64,000 nt of DNA from Candidatus Nanoarchaeia archaeon (GTDB taxonomy: Archaea; Nanobdellota; Nanobdellia; SCGC-AAA011-G17; GW2011-AR18), in NCBI GenBank assembly GCA_035288845.1, contig DATDZB010000009.1, forward strand, positions 8,814-72,813, given 5' to 3'. Below are positions 28,900 through 37,699 of the stretch, piece after piece. The notes below the pieces were generated by a model. It was not told where the DNA came from and did no database searches. It saw only the letters and a program-made list of their open reading frames with translations. The first letter of the stretch is position 1; the number at the start of each line of letters is the position of its first letter. A program made the position numbers and the translations under genes.

Positions 28900-29054
28900 C
28901 GCCAAGGGTGGGAGTTTCATTCATTAAGAGGTTCATCCAATCTTCATGAAACTGCTCTCAATAGTTTTTGAACCCACAAGTCCGTGAGGACGCAGGATAA
29001 TTGCAAACTATTGATATAGCAATCCTGTGCCATACCAGGTTAGGCGACCTTGGC
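28900..29054 (-). tRNA. tRNA-Ser(GCU) with two introns (37/38 and 59/60)
   Basis: Hand fold: acceptor GCCAAGG/CCTTGGC, anticodon arm CAGGA-TTGCTA|A-TCCTG, long variable arm GTCC-TCAC-GGAC, T arm GTGGG-TTCAAA|T-CCCAC. Introns at 28999..29016 (18 nt) and 28914..28966 (53 nt), both with 4-bp helix plus 3-nt bulge (BHB) geometry. Mature length 84 nt. Confidence 0.8.
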
Positions 29055-29077
29055 GCAATTTTAAGCAATTATAATGG

Positions 29078-29085
29078 TTTATAAA
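29078..29085 (-). promoter_or_regulatory. candidate TATA box for tRNA-Ser
   Basis: 'TTTATAAA' centred about 27 nt upstream of tRNA position 1. Confidence 0.3.
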
Positions 29086-29107
29086 GTTTTAGAAATATAC
29101 AAAGTTT

Positions 29108-29461
29108 ATGGAAAACCAAGAATTCAAAAAGAAAAAATTTGATTTTGAAACACCAGAAAAAACAATAATTAGAGGAGCGATTTTTATAGAAAAACCTTCA
29201 TTTAATTATACAGAAAAACTAAAAGGAAAAAATAAATTAGAAGAAGTAAGAAAATTAAAAACTTTAAAAGAAAAAGTATGTACAACTTTAAGAATAAATA
29301 AACAAGATGTTTCTGTAGATGAAAAAAGATACAAATTATGGACTTCTAGTAGAATAATAAGAAGACATTTACAAGAAATAAAAGATCTAAATTTAATTCC
29401 TGCAATAATAGAAATTGAACCAACAATTGAAGAAGTAGAATTGGAAGTCGAATTTCCTTAA
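29108..29461 (+). CDS. hypothetical protein
   Basis: 117-aa K/E-rich ORF with no motif. Confidence 0.4.
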   Translation: MENQEFKKKKFDFETPEKTIIRGAIFIEKPSFNYTEKLKGKNKLEEVRKLKTLKEKVCTTLRINKQDVSVDEKRYKLWTSSRIIRRHLQEIKDLNLIPAIIEIEPTIEEVELEVEFP

Positions 29462-29476
29462 AAATTTAGAATAAAA

Positions 29477-29947
29477 CTAATTCACATCTTTAAGTTTAAT
29501 CAACGCAGCTTCAGCATATTTTTTAACATTAAGTTTTAAATTGTATTTAGGATCATTTAATTCTTCAATAGTAAACCATTTACAAGCTTCAGTTTTTTCT
29601 TCTTCTGAAAGATTTAATTTATCTGTTTTTGATTTAGCAAAATAAACAAAAGTTATGTGTTCATGATTAGAATTTATTCTATGCCTATTCATAAATTGAG
29701 GAGGAATTAATTCTTTATAATCTAAATCTTTAGGTAGATCAAGATCTCCAGAATATATTTCAACATCAAGTCCAATTTCTTCTTTTACTTCACGTATTGC
29801 TGCTTCAACAGGATCTTCATCTAATTCAATATGACCACCAACACTTAACCAAATTCCATATTTGTCATGTTTTCTTAAAAGAACAGAATTTTTATAGACT
29901 ATAAAAACTTCAGAAGTAAAATCTATTTTATCATGAATATGTGGCAT
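29477..29947 (-). CDS. NUDIX hydrolase
   Basis: Nudix box 'GGHIELDEDPVEAAIREVKEEIGL'. Confidence 0.85.
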   Translation of the reverse strand: MPHIHDKIDFTSEVFIVYKNSVLLRKHDKYGIWLSVGGHIELDEDPVEAAIREVKEEIGLDVEIYSGDLDLPKDLDYKELIPPQFMNRHRINSNHEHITFVYFAKSKTDKLNLSEEEKTEACKWFTIEELNDPKYNLKLNVKKYAEAALIKLKDVN

Positions 29948-30007
29948 AAAAAAATAAAGAAATAAGATTATTATAAAGATTTATATAATAAAAATATTTG
30001 TTTAATT

Positions 30008-30487
30008 ATGAGTCCTATAGAAAATATTGCAAAAGAGATCTTAGTTAAATTAAGTAAAGATAAAAGAAAATATAAGTTAACTATAGATGTTAATGATGTT
30101 CCAAAAGAAAATTATTATTGTCAATATGCTCACGTAGATGAGGTGGATGAGAGCAGAAAATCAATTTTTTACTTATATTACAACACAATAAAGAAAAAAC
30201 TTCACGAAGCTGGATGTTGTATTGATATACCTGAAGAAGATAAAAGAGTAGATATAATTAAATCTATTTTTCTGAATGCAGATATTCTAAGAAAAGAAGC
30301 AGGAACACCTCCTTCTATATCAAAAAGAACACCACAAGGGTTAAACATTGTATATTCCATCTTACGTGGCGAAGCCAAAGTGACTTTAGAAGGTGGAGAA
30401 ATTTCTAAAACACAAGAAGGAGAAATAAGTCTGATTGAAGAAGAAACATCTAAAAAGAAATGGTGGCAATTCTGGAAAAAGTCTTAA
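30008..30487 (+). CDS. hypothetical protein
   Basis: 159-aa ORF with no motif. Confidence 0.4.
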   Translation: MSPIENIAKEILVKLSKDKRKYKLTIDVNDVPKENYYCQYAHVDEVDESRKSIFYLYYNTIKKKLHEAGCCIDIPEEDKRVDIIKSIFLNADILRKEAGTPPSISKRTPQGLNIVYSILRGEAKVTLEGGEISKTQEGEISLIEEETSKKKWWQFWKKS

Positions 30488-30795
30488 GCTTCAATTAAAT
30501 TAATTTCAATATTTACACCTTTAGGTAAAGGTACTCTCATAACTAATCTTAAAGCTCTTTCATCTACACCTAAATCAATTAATCTTTTATGAACTCTCAT
30601 TTCAAATCTATCAAAACTAGCTTTACCTCTTCCACATGGAGCTTTTCTAGTTGTTAATTTTAATCTTTTAGTTGGTAAGGGAATTGGTCCTTTAATTTCA
30701 GTTTTAGTTTTAGTAGCTATGTCTACAATAGAATTTACTACTTCATTTAATTTATCAATTTCAGCGCTTGCTAATTTTATTCTTGCTTTTTGCAT
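30484..30795 (-). CDS. rps10: 30S ribosomal protein uS10
   Basis: The track start is GTG; the ATG at 30795 gives '[10 protein letters not shown]...[22 protein letters not shown]...[15 protein letters not shown]'. Confidence 0.92.
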   Translation of the reverse strand: MQKARIKLASAEIDKLNEVVNSIVDIATKTKTEIKGPIPLPTKRLKLTTRKAPCGRGKASFDRFEMRVHKRLIDLGVDERALRLVMRVPLPKGVNIEINLIEA

Positions 30796-30832
30796 AAAGA
30801 TCTGAAAAATCACTCGTTTTTAAAGCTTTTCT

Positions 30833-31291
30833 TTATTTAACAAGACGAAGATAAGAACTAGTAGTTCTTTCAATTCTAGGTTGCGTAAAAAAAGTACCTC
30901 TTAAATCTCTAATTAAAATGTATGCATAACTTGCAGATATTCTTCCACTTTCAACTCTCGTAGGTACATTTCCATTGTCAACTATTTCAAATGGATTTCT
31001 TATACCATTACTAAAAAATTTTAAATCTGCAGAATAATCAGCAGCAGCATGATTTCTAAATACACCACTAGTATCATAAATATTCATTCTATAATCTCCA
31101 GCTCTAACAGTTACTACATAAGGTTGTACACCACGAATAGTACTTAGAGTAGTGACTTCTTCATTAGAAGTTCCTGAAGAAAAAAGATGTATTCCTTTTT
31201 CAGGTAATCTAGTAGAAAGCATTTTATTTGCAATAATTTCAAGACGATTTATAGTAGTAGCACTAGAATTTACCCCACTTTTTTTACCCAT
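30833..31291 (-). CDS. orphan protein C, between tuf and rps10
   Basis: The track start at 31339 is TTG; the first ATG is at 31291 ('MGKKSGVNSS...'). About 152 aa, Arg outnumbers Lys, no recognisable family. Confidence 0.55.
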   Translation of the reverse strand: MGKKSGVNSSATTINRLEIIANKMLSTRLPEKGIHLFSSGTSNEEVTTLSTIRGVQPYVVTVRAGDYRMNIYDTSGVFRNHAAADYSADLKFFSNGIRNPFEIVDNGNVPTRVESGRISASYAYILIRDLRGTFFTQPRIERTTSSYLRLVK

Positions 31292-31390
31292 AAGAAATAT
31301 TAAAGATAAACTAATATAAAAAGATAGTTTAACCAACAAATAATAGTAAAAAAATATAATTAAAAAAGAAATAAAAAGTTAATGAAGAAA

Positions 31391-32671
31391 TTACTTCTTC
31401 ACTAAATCAATACACATACCAGCAGCTACAGTTTGACCTGCATCTCTGATAGCAAATCTACTCATTTGCGGTATATCTTTTTGTCTTTCAATTACTAAAG
31501 GCTTAGTAGGTTTAATTACTACTCTAGCTGCATCCCCATTCTTTAACATATCTGGGTTTTCTTGACTAACTTGTCCTGTTGCAGGATCAAGTTTAGCTAA
31601 TAATTTATCAAATCTACAAGCTACTTGAGCTGTATGTACGTGGAATACAGGTGTATAACCAACAGTTAATACTGAAGGATGATTCAATATTACTATTTGT
31701 GCTGTAAACTCAGTTACAACAGTTGGAGGGTTATCAGGTGTACCAACAACATCTCCTCTTGCAATATCTTTCTTGTTAATTCCTCTAACTGAAAATCCTA
31801 CATTGTCACCAGGTTCAGCTTCTGTTACTTGTTCGTGATGCATTTCAATAGTTTTAACTTCGCCTGCAACACCAGCGCCTTCTCTGCCTGGAACAACAAC
31901 TATTTTTTGATTAACTTTTAATACACCAGTTTCAACTCTTCCAACTGGAACTACACCAATACCAGTTATGTTGTAAACATCTTGTAAAGGTAGTCTTAAT
32001 GGTAAATTAGTTGGTTTTTGTGGTGGTGTAAATTGATCTAATTGTTCCATTATTGTAGGCCCAGTATACCAACTCATGTTAGCACTTTTCTTAACAACAT
32101 TATCTCCCAAGTAGGAAGCTGTTGGTATAAAAGGCACTTGATCTGGTTTGTAACCTACAGTTTTTAATAAATTTCCTATTTGTTCTTTAACTTCTTTGAA
32201 TTTAGCTTCGCTGTATTTAACAACATCCATCTTGTTTACAACTATTGCAATTTGATTTACACCAAATGTTTTTAACAAGAATACATGTTCTTTAGTTTGA
32301 GCCATTACTCCATCAGAAGCTGCTACAACTAAGAATGCAACATCAGCTTGACTTGCACCAGTAATCATATTTTTAATAAAGTCTCTGTGTCCTGGAGCAT
32401 CAATAACTGTATATTCAAATTTTTGACTAGTAAACTTTTTGTGACTTAAATCAATAGTTACTCCTCTTTCTTTTTCTTCTTTAAGATTATCCATAACAAA
32501 AGCAAACTCAAAACCAGCTTTTCCTAATTGCTGAGCTTCTTCTTTTAATTTTCTCATATCTTGTTCAGAAACATTACCTGAATCAAACATAAGTCTACCT
32601 ACAGTAGTACTTTTACCGTGATCTACGTGACCTACAAATACAACATTCATGTGTGGTTTTTCTCTAGCCAT
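31391..32671 (-). CDS. tuf: translation elongation factor EF-1alpha
   Basis: 'GHVDHGKST', 'DAPGHRDF', 'NKMD', and full-length aEF-1alpha similarity. Confidence 0.97.
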   Translation of the reverse strand: MAREKPHMNVVFVGHVDHGKSTTVGRLMFDSGNVSEQDMRKLKEEAQQLGKAGFEFAFVMDNLKEEKERGVTIDLSHKKFTSQKFEYTVIDAPGHRDFIKNMITGASQADVAFLVVAASDGVMAQTKEHVFLLKTFGVNQIAIVVNKMDVVKYSEAKFKEVKEQIGNLLKTVGYKPDQVPFIPTASYLGDNVVKKSANMSWYTGPTIMEQLDQFTPPQKPTNLPLRLPLQDVYNITGIGVVPVGRVETGVLKVNQKIVVVPGREGAGVAGEVKTIEMHHEQVTEAEPGDNVGFSVRGINKKDIARGDVVGTPDNPPTVVTEFTAQIVILNHPSVLTVGYTPVFHVHTAQVACRFDKLLAKLDPATGQVSQENPDMLKNGDAARVVIKPTKPLVIERQKDIPQMSRFAIRDAGQTVAAGMCIDLVKK

Positions 32672-32803
32672 ATTTAAATTCCTCCAAATAACATAATAAC
32701 TTATTTTTCGAAATCTACGTGTATTTATAAAGATTTCTAAAGCAAGCTATAAATTAATAGACCTAAAATAAACAATAAAAAATTACTAATTGAAATAGAA
32801 AAT

Positions 32804-33181
32804 CTATTCATTCGCAAGTATCTCAAGAACTTGTGGAGGTAAAAGAACTACGTTTCCTTGTCTTATATGGTTTTCAGGAACATTTCCTTTTAAAACAACA
32901 CCTACAAGATTATCACCTACATCAACATTTTGTCTTGCATTTTCAACTAAATCAAAAGTTACATGAGGATTACCTGGAATACTAAGAACGGTTTTATAAG
33001 TATAACCATCAAATTCATCTTGCTCTGTAGCTAAAACAAAATTCACACCTCTTCTAACACCGCCAAGAAGAATATAGTCCACATTTTGATAATTTATTAC
33101 AGGTAAACCATTATGAGCTGTAACTGGAACTTGAATTGAATCAGAATTTTTCCCACCATACAAATTATAGATTATACCCAT
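32804..33181 (-). CDS. orphan protein D, between fusA and tuf, with EF-Tu domain-II-like C-terminal segment
   Basis: The track start at 33202 is TTG; the first ATG is at 33181 ('MGIIYNLYGG...'). 'VDVGDNLVGVVLKGNVPENHIRQGNVVL' parallels '[26 protein letters not shown]' in the adjacent EF-1alpha. Confidence 0.55.
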   Translation of the reverse strand: MGIIYNLYGGKNSDSIQVPVTAHNGLPVINYQNVDYILLGGVRRGVNFVLATEQDEFDGYTYKTVLSIPGNPHVTFDLVENARQNVDVGDNLVGVVLKGNVPENHIRQGNVVLLPPQVLEILANE

Positions 33182-33240
33182 AAAAAAAATAACAAAATAC
33201 AAATATTTAAAGATAATTAAAGTAAAAAAAGAATATTCAA

Positions 33241-35424
33241 TTATTGATTTTCAGTTAATCCTTTTCTCTTTCTAATTTGTTGTACAATCTTAGATTGTAA
33301 TTCAAATGGTAATTTCTCATATACTTGATCAGCAACAAAGAAAGTACCTCTACCTTCAGTAGCACTTCTTAGCTCAGAACTCAATCCAAACATTTCTGCA
33401 ACTGGAAGTTTAGCTTTTACAACAATATAATTTCCTTCTTGAGTCATATCTAATAATTGTCCTCTTTTATTAGCAATTAATTTAGATATTGCTCCCATGT
33501 GATCTTTAACAGATTCAATTTGTAAAATTTGTATTGGCTCTAAAATTACTGGAACAGCAGCAATCATACCTTCTCTAAGAGCTTCTCTAACTGCAGGATA
33601 AACTTGTGCAGGACCTCTGTGAATACTATCTTCATGTAATTTACAATCATTTAAAATAATAAGCATTTTAGTTGCAGGCTCTCTAGCTAAAACTGCTCCA
33701 TCCATAACTTGTTCAAATGCATCTAAAATTAAATCTAAAACTTCACCAATATGAACAATACCTCTTGTGTTATCTACAAATGCATTTCCATTGTAAAAAG
33801 CTTTGTATTTTAAAGCATCTTTATTATCAATTCCTAATTTAACAAGAGTGTCAATAACACGTGGATCTTTTTTCTTTATTCTTCCTGTAGATAAATCTCC
33901 ACTTTTAATTGCTTTAAATAAATCATCAGATAAAGGTTCAATTGTTAAATAAAATCTATTGTGTTTATTTGGTGATTTTCCTTCTACTTCTGGACTTTTT
34001 TTAGAAACAGTTTCTCTAAAAACTACAATAGGAGGACTTGATTTAATTTGAACTCCTTTTTCAGTTATAATTCTATTTTCAATAATTTCTAAGTGTAATT
34101 CTCCCATACCGCTCATTAAACATTCTCCTGTTTGTTCATCAATTTTAATTTTAACAGAAGGATCTTCTTTTGCTGCAGCTTTTAAAACTTCAACAACTTT
34201 AGCTAAATCTTGTGGTTTAGCAGGCTCTATTGCTTTAGTAATTACTGGTTCAAAAATATGTTTTAATTCTTCAAATGGTTGTTCTGGTTCTACAGTAATA
34301 GTTTCTCCAGCTTCAGTTCTTAAACCAGCTAAAGCTAAAACATTTCCAGCAACTACTTCTTCCATCATCTGAGTTCTAATTCCATTGTACATGAAAACTT
34401 GTTGTACTCTAGCTTTTAGTTTTGCATTACTCAAATAAATCTCCATACCGCTTTTAATTGTTCCAGAAAATAATCTGCCAGCAGCAAGTTCCCTTCCAGT
34501 TTTAGAGTCAATCATAATTCTAGTTACACAAAAAGCAACTTTTCCATTTATATTACAATTAGCTAAATCTTTACCTAATTCGCTTTCAGGATCTCCTCTC
34601 CAAATTCTAGGAATTCTATATTTCTGAGCATCAACTGGATTAGGTAGATGTTTAATTGCCATATCAAGAATAACTTCATGTAAAGGTGCATTTGCCCAAA
34701 CCCATTTTTTCTTATCATCTTCAGACATTTCATATAATTTTAAAATATCTTTAAAATTAACTTTTTTCTTCTGCATAAATGCAAATGATAAAGCCCAATT
34801 TTCTTTTGCGCTTCCAAATGCTACACTACCATCTTGAATACTAACTTTCCATTTTTCTTTAAATTCTGGTTCAGCAATTTGTTCTATTAATCTATTAAAT
34901 TGTAAAATAATTTCTGTGAATCTTTTTTGCATTTGCTCAGGAGTATATTGCATTTCTTTGATTAATCTATCAACTTTATTCAAGAACAAAACAGGTTTTA
35001 CTCTTTCTCTTAATGCTTGTTTAATAACAGTTTCAGTCTGCGGCATTATACCTTCAGAAGCACAAACTAAAACAATAGTGCCGTCAATCGCTCTCATTGC
35101 TCTAGTAACATTACCGCCAAAATCTACATGTCCAGGTGTATCAATTAAATTAATTAAATACTCTTCACCATTAAAATCATGAATCATACTTACATTAGCT
35201 GCATCAACAGTCATCAATCTTTCTTGTTCATCAGCATGTTGCCAAGTAGTCATTCCTTTATCTAAATCACCAGCACTTTGCTCACTCATCAAACCAGCTG
35301 CAGCTAATAAATTATCAGTTAAGGCAGTTTTTCCATGATGAATATGTGCACTAGTAGCAATATTTCTAATATTATCAGGTCTATGCATTGCTTTTGTGAA
35401 TCTTTTTGCTGCGTCTTCTGCCAT
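33241..35424 (-). CDS. fusA: translation elongation factor EF-2
   Basis: The track start is GTG; the ATG at 35424 gives 'MAEDAAKRF'. 'AHIHHGKTALTD', 'IDTPGHVDF', and the diphthamide-loop region 'HEDSIHRGPAQ'. Confidence 0.97.
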   Translation of the reverse strand: MAEDAAKRFTKAMHRPDNIRNIATSAHIHHGKTALTDNLLAAAGLMSEQSAGDLDKGMTTWQHADEQERLMTVDAANVSMIHDFNGEEYLINLIDTPGHVDFGGNVTRAMRAIDGTIVLVCASEGIMPQTETVIKQALRERVKPVLFLNKVDRLIKEMQYTPEQMQKRFTEIILQFNRLIEQIAEPEFKEKWKVSIQDGSVAFGSAKENWALSFAFMQKKKVNFKDILKLYEMSEDDKKKWVWANAPLHEVILDMAIKHLPNPVDAQKYRIPRIWRGDPESELGKDLANCNINGKVAFCVTRIMIDSKTGRELAAGRLFSGTIKSGMEIYLSNAKLKARVQQVFMYNGIRTQMMEEVVAGNVLALAGLRTEAGETITVEPEQPFEELKHIFEPVITKAIEPAKPQDLAKVVEVLKAAAKEDPSVKIKIDEQTGECLMSGMGELHLEIIENRIITEKGVQIKSSPPIVVFRETVSKKSPEVEGKSPNKHNRFYLTIEPLSDDLFKAIKSGDLSTGRIKKKDPRVIDTLVKLGIDNKDALKYKAFYNGNAFVDNTRGIVHIGEVLDLILDAFEQVMDGAVLAREPATKMLIILNDCKLHEDSIHRGPAQVYPAVREALREGMIAAVPVILEPIQILQIESVKDHMGAISKLIANKRGQLLDMTQEGNYIVVKAKLPVAEMFGLSSELRSATEGRGTFFVADQVYEKLPFELQSKIVQQIRKRKGLTENQ

Positions 35425-35462
35425 ATTCGAAAGCACTTAAGAATGATATTTAAAGCTTTTGC

Positions 35463-35945
35463 TTATTTTTCTATAAGAGGTTTATAAGATTCAAATTCTC
35501 TTTGAGTTACAAGATCTAAATCAAATCTTGCAAGTTCAAAAGGACCTAAAATTAACAATGGAGCATGTTGAACTTTAAAAGTATCTCTTGAAGAATTATT
35601 TGTATTTCTAGAAATGCTAAATACAACTCCGCTTGTTCTTAAAAAACCAAAATCTCTTCCATCAAATTCTAGATCATCTAAAACTCTTACAAGAGAATCA
35701 TCTTTACTTGTTGCAACAACAGGAATATATGGTCCTCCAATAAAATCCCCTAGGCAATATCTTCTATCAATATAAACTTCAAGTCCATTACTGCTTAAAT
35801 AAGAAAATAAACTATTAAACCCCTTTCTATCAATCCATCTTAATTGTGAATCATATTGTCCTACAGAATCTATTCTAGATAATTCAAGCTCTCTAGGCGC
35901 TTGTGTAGCATAAGCTGTACGTAAAACTTCTCTTAAATTTGCCAT
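35463..35945 (-). CDS. orphan protein E, immediately upstream of fusA
   Basis: 160 aa with an ATG start, about 15 Arg versus about 5 Lys by hand count, no recognisable family. Confidence 0.55.
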   Translation of the reverse strand: MANLREVLRTAYATQAPRELELSRIDSVGQYDSQLRWIDRKGFNSLFSYLSSNGLEVYIDRRYCLGDFIGGPYIPVVATSKDDSLVRVLDDLEFDGRDFGFLRTSGVVFSISRNTNNSSRDTFKVQHAPLLILGPFELARFDLDLVTQREFESYKPLIEK

Positions 35946-36220
35946 ATTAAAAATATAAAGGAAAAAGTTTTAAAGATAACTAACAAATTAAATAGATGAA
36001 AAAAGACGAAGAAAGTTCAATCGAAGCAGTTCTTGATGAAGTATTTATATTTTAAATAATATAAAACATGAAAGAATAAAATCCTTAGATGAAACTAAAT
36101 TAACTCCAAAACAAGAAAAAATAATTGAAAGTATTGAAAAAGATATTGATGTTTGTGTAACAAAATTAGGATTACTAGTACATCCAAAAGAATTATAAAT
36201 CAAAAGTTTATTCCAAGATT

Positions 36221-36472
36221 ATGGTAAGAAGTTTAAAATACTGGGAAGGAAGAAAAACAATATTAACTCTAGAAGACGGAACAATTTATAATGGGTCAAT
36301 AAAATATGGCGGAGTTGGTAATTATTCTGTTTACAATTTTGAAACTGTAAAAGGAAAATTAATACCTGTTTCTGGCAATGGTGTACATCGTTTAACTGCT
36401 AACGAAGGTGGCTTAGTAAGAAAAGTAGGTTATAACAAAACAAGAAGTCAAGTATTACAAGAAAAAGTATAA
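36221..36472 (+). CDS. hypothetical small Gly-rich protein
   Basis: 83 aa, 'GSIKYGGVGNYSVYNF...VSGNGVHRLTANEGGLVRKVG'. No family. Confidence 0.45.
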   Translation: MVRSLKYWEGRKTILTLEDGTIYNGSIKYGGVGNYSVYNFETVKGKLIPVSGNGVHRLTANEGGLVRKVGYNKTRSQVLQEKV

Positions 36473-36478
36473 ATTAAA

Positions 36479-37057
36479 ATGGAAGAAATAAAAATTGTTA
36501 AAATAGGACATAAAGTAGAAGACTTTGAATTAGAAGCATTTCATAATAATGAAGTAAAGAAAGTAAAATTATCAAATCTAAAAGGAAAATGGATAGTTCT
36601 AGTATTTTATCCAGCAGATTTCACATTTATATGTCCAACAGAATTAACTGAGCTAGCAGATTTGTATAATGAATTTAAAAAAGAAAAAGCTGAAGTTTTA
36701 AGTGTAAGCACAGATACAGTATTTGTACATAAAGCATGGCATGATAATTCTGAATCAATTAAAAAAATAAAATATCCAATGTTAGCTGATCCAACTGGAA
36801 AAGTTTGCAAGCAATTTGGAACTTATATTTATGAAGAAGGACTTTCATTAAGAGGAAGTTTTGTAATAGATCCAGATGGAATACTAAAAGCATATGAATT
36901 GCACGATAATAGCATAGGAAGAAATGCTAAAGAATTATTAAGAAAATTAAAGGCAGCTAAATTTGTAAAAGAACATGGTGGAGAAGTTTGTCCTGCAAAT
37001 TGGGAACCAGGTAAAAAAACACTAAAACCAGGTCTTGATTTAGTTGGAAAAATTTAA
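36479..37057 (+). CDS. typical 2-Cys peroxiredoxin (AhpC/Prx1)
   Basis: 'FYPADFTFICPTEL' (peroxidatic Cys) and 'EVCPANW' (resolving Cys). Confidence 0.9.
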   Translation: MEEIKIVKIGHKVEDFELEAFHNNEVKKVKLSNLKGKWIVLVFYPADFTFICPTELTELADLYNEFKKEKAEVLSVSTDTVFVHKAWHDNSESIKKIKYPMLADPTGKVCKQFGTYIYEEGLSLRGSFVIDPDGILKAYELHDNSIGRNAKELLRKLKAAKFVKEHGGEVCPANWEPGKKTLKPGLDLVGKI

Positions 37058-37067
37058 AGGTGAAAAA

Positions 37068-37661
37068 ATGACATATGAAATTAAAAATTTTGATGAAATA
37101 TTAGGAACTCCTGGATTTTCTGAACAATTATTAAAAAACCATTTTAAATTATATGAAGGTTATGTAAATAATACAAATAAACTATCTCAAATATTAAAAG
37201 ATATGTTAAAAAATGGAAAAACAGATACTCCTGAATTTGCTGAATTAAAAAGAAGATTTGGCTGGGAATTTAATGGAATGAGATTACATGAATTATATTT
37301 CGGAAACATAAGTAAAAAGAAAAAAGAAATGCCAACCAAATCTGTTTTGTTTAAAAAAATGGTAGAAGAATTTGGTTCAGGAGAAAATTGTGAAAAAGAT
37401 TTTGTTTCTACAGGTACAATGCGTGGAATTGGCTGGGTAATAATGTATTATGATAAAGAAGCAGATAGATTATTTAATACCTGGATTAACGAGCATGATG
37501 TTGGGCATTTATCAAGTTGTATTCCAATTTTAATTATGGATGTATTTGAACATGCTTACATGATAGACTACGGTCTAAAAAAAGCAGATTATATTAAAGC
37601 TTTTGTAGATGCAATTGATTGGGATGTTGTACAAAAAAGATTTGAAGAGACACAAAAATAA
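37068..37661 (+). CDS. Fe/Mn superoxide dismutase family protein (divergent)
   Basis: Start moved to the ATG at 37068, preceded by AAGGTGA. All four ligand positions are readable: 'NHFKLY', 'RLHELYF', 'DVFEHAYMIDY'. Confidence 0.8.
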   Translation: MTYEIKNFDEILGTPGFSEQLLKNHFKLYEGYVNNTNKLSQILKDMLKNGKTDTPEFAELKRRFGWEFNGMRLHELYFGNISKKKKEMPTKSVLFKKMVEEFGSGENCEKDFVSTGTMRGIGWVIMYYDKEADRLFNTWINEHDVGHLSSCIPILIMDVFEHAYMIDYGLKKADYIKAFVDAIDWDVVQKRFEETQK

Positions 37662-37699
37662 TGCAAATCTTTTTATATTAAAAAAATTATAAATATTCA

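Noticed and set aside
35946-36220. Intergenic region with a roughly 47-codon frame (…SLDETKLTPKQEKIIESIEKDIDVCVTKLGLLVHPKEL*) and a 19-aa ORF.
   Set aside because: The longer frame has no start codon and the short one has no SD or other distinguishing feature. This is likely decayed or non-coding sequence.
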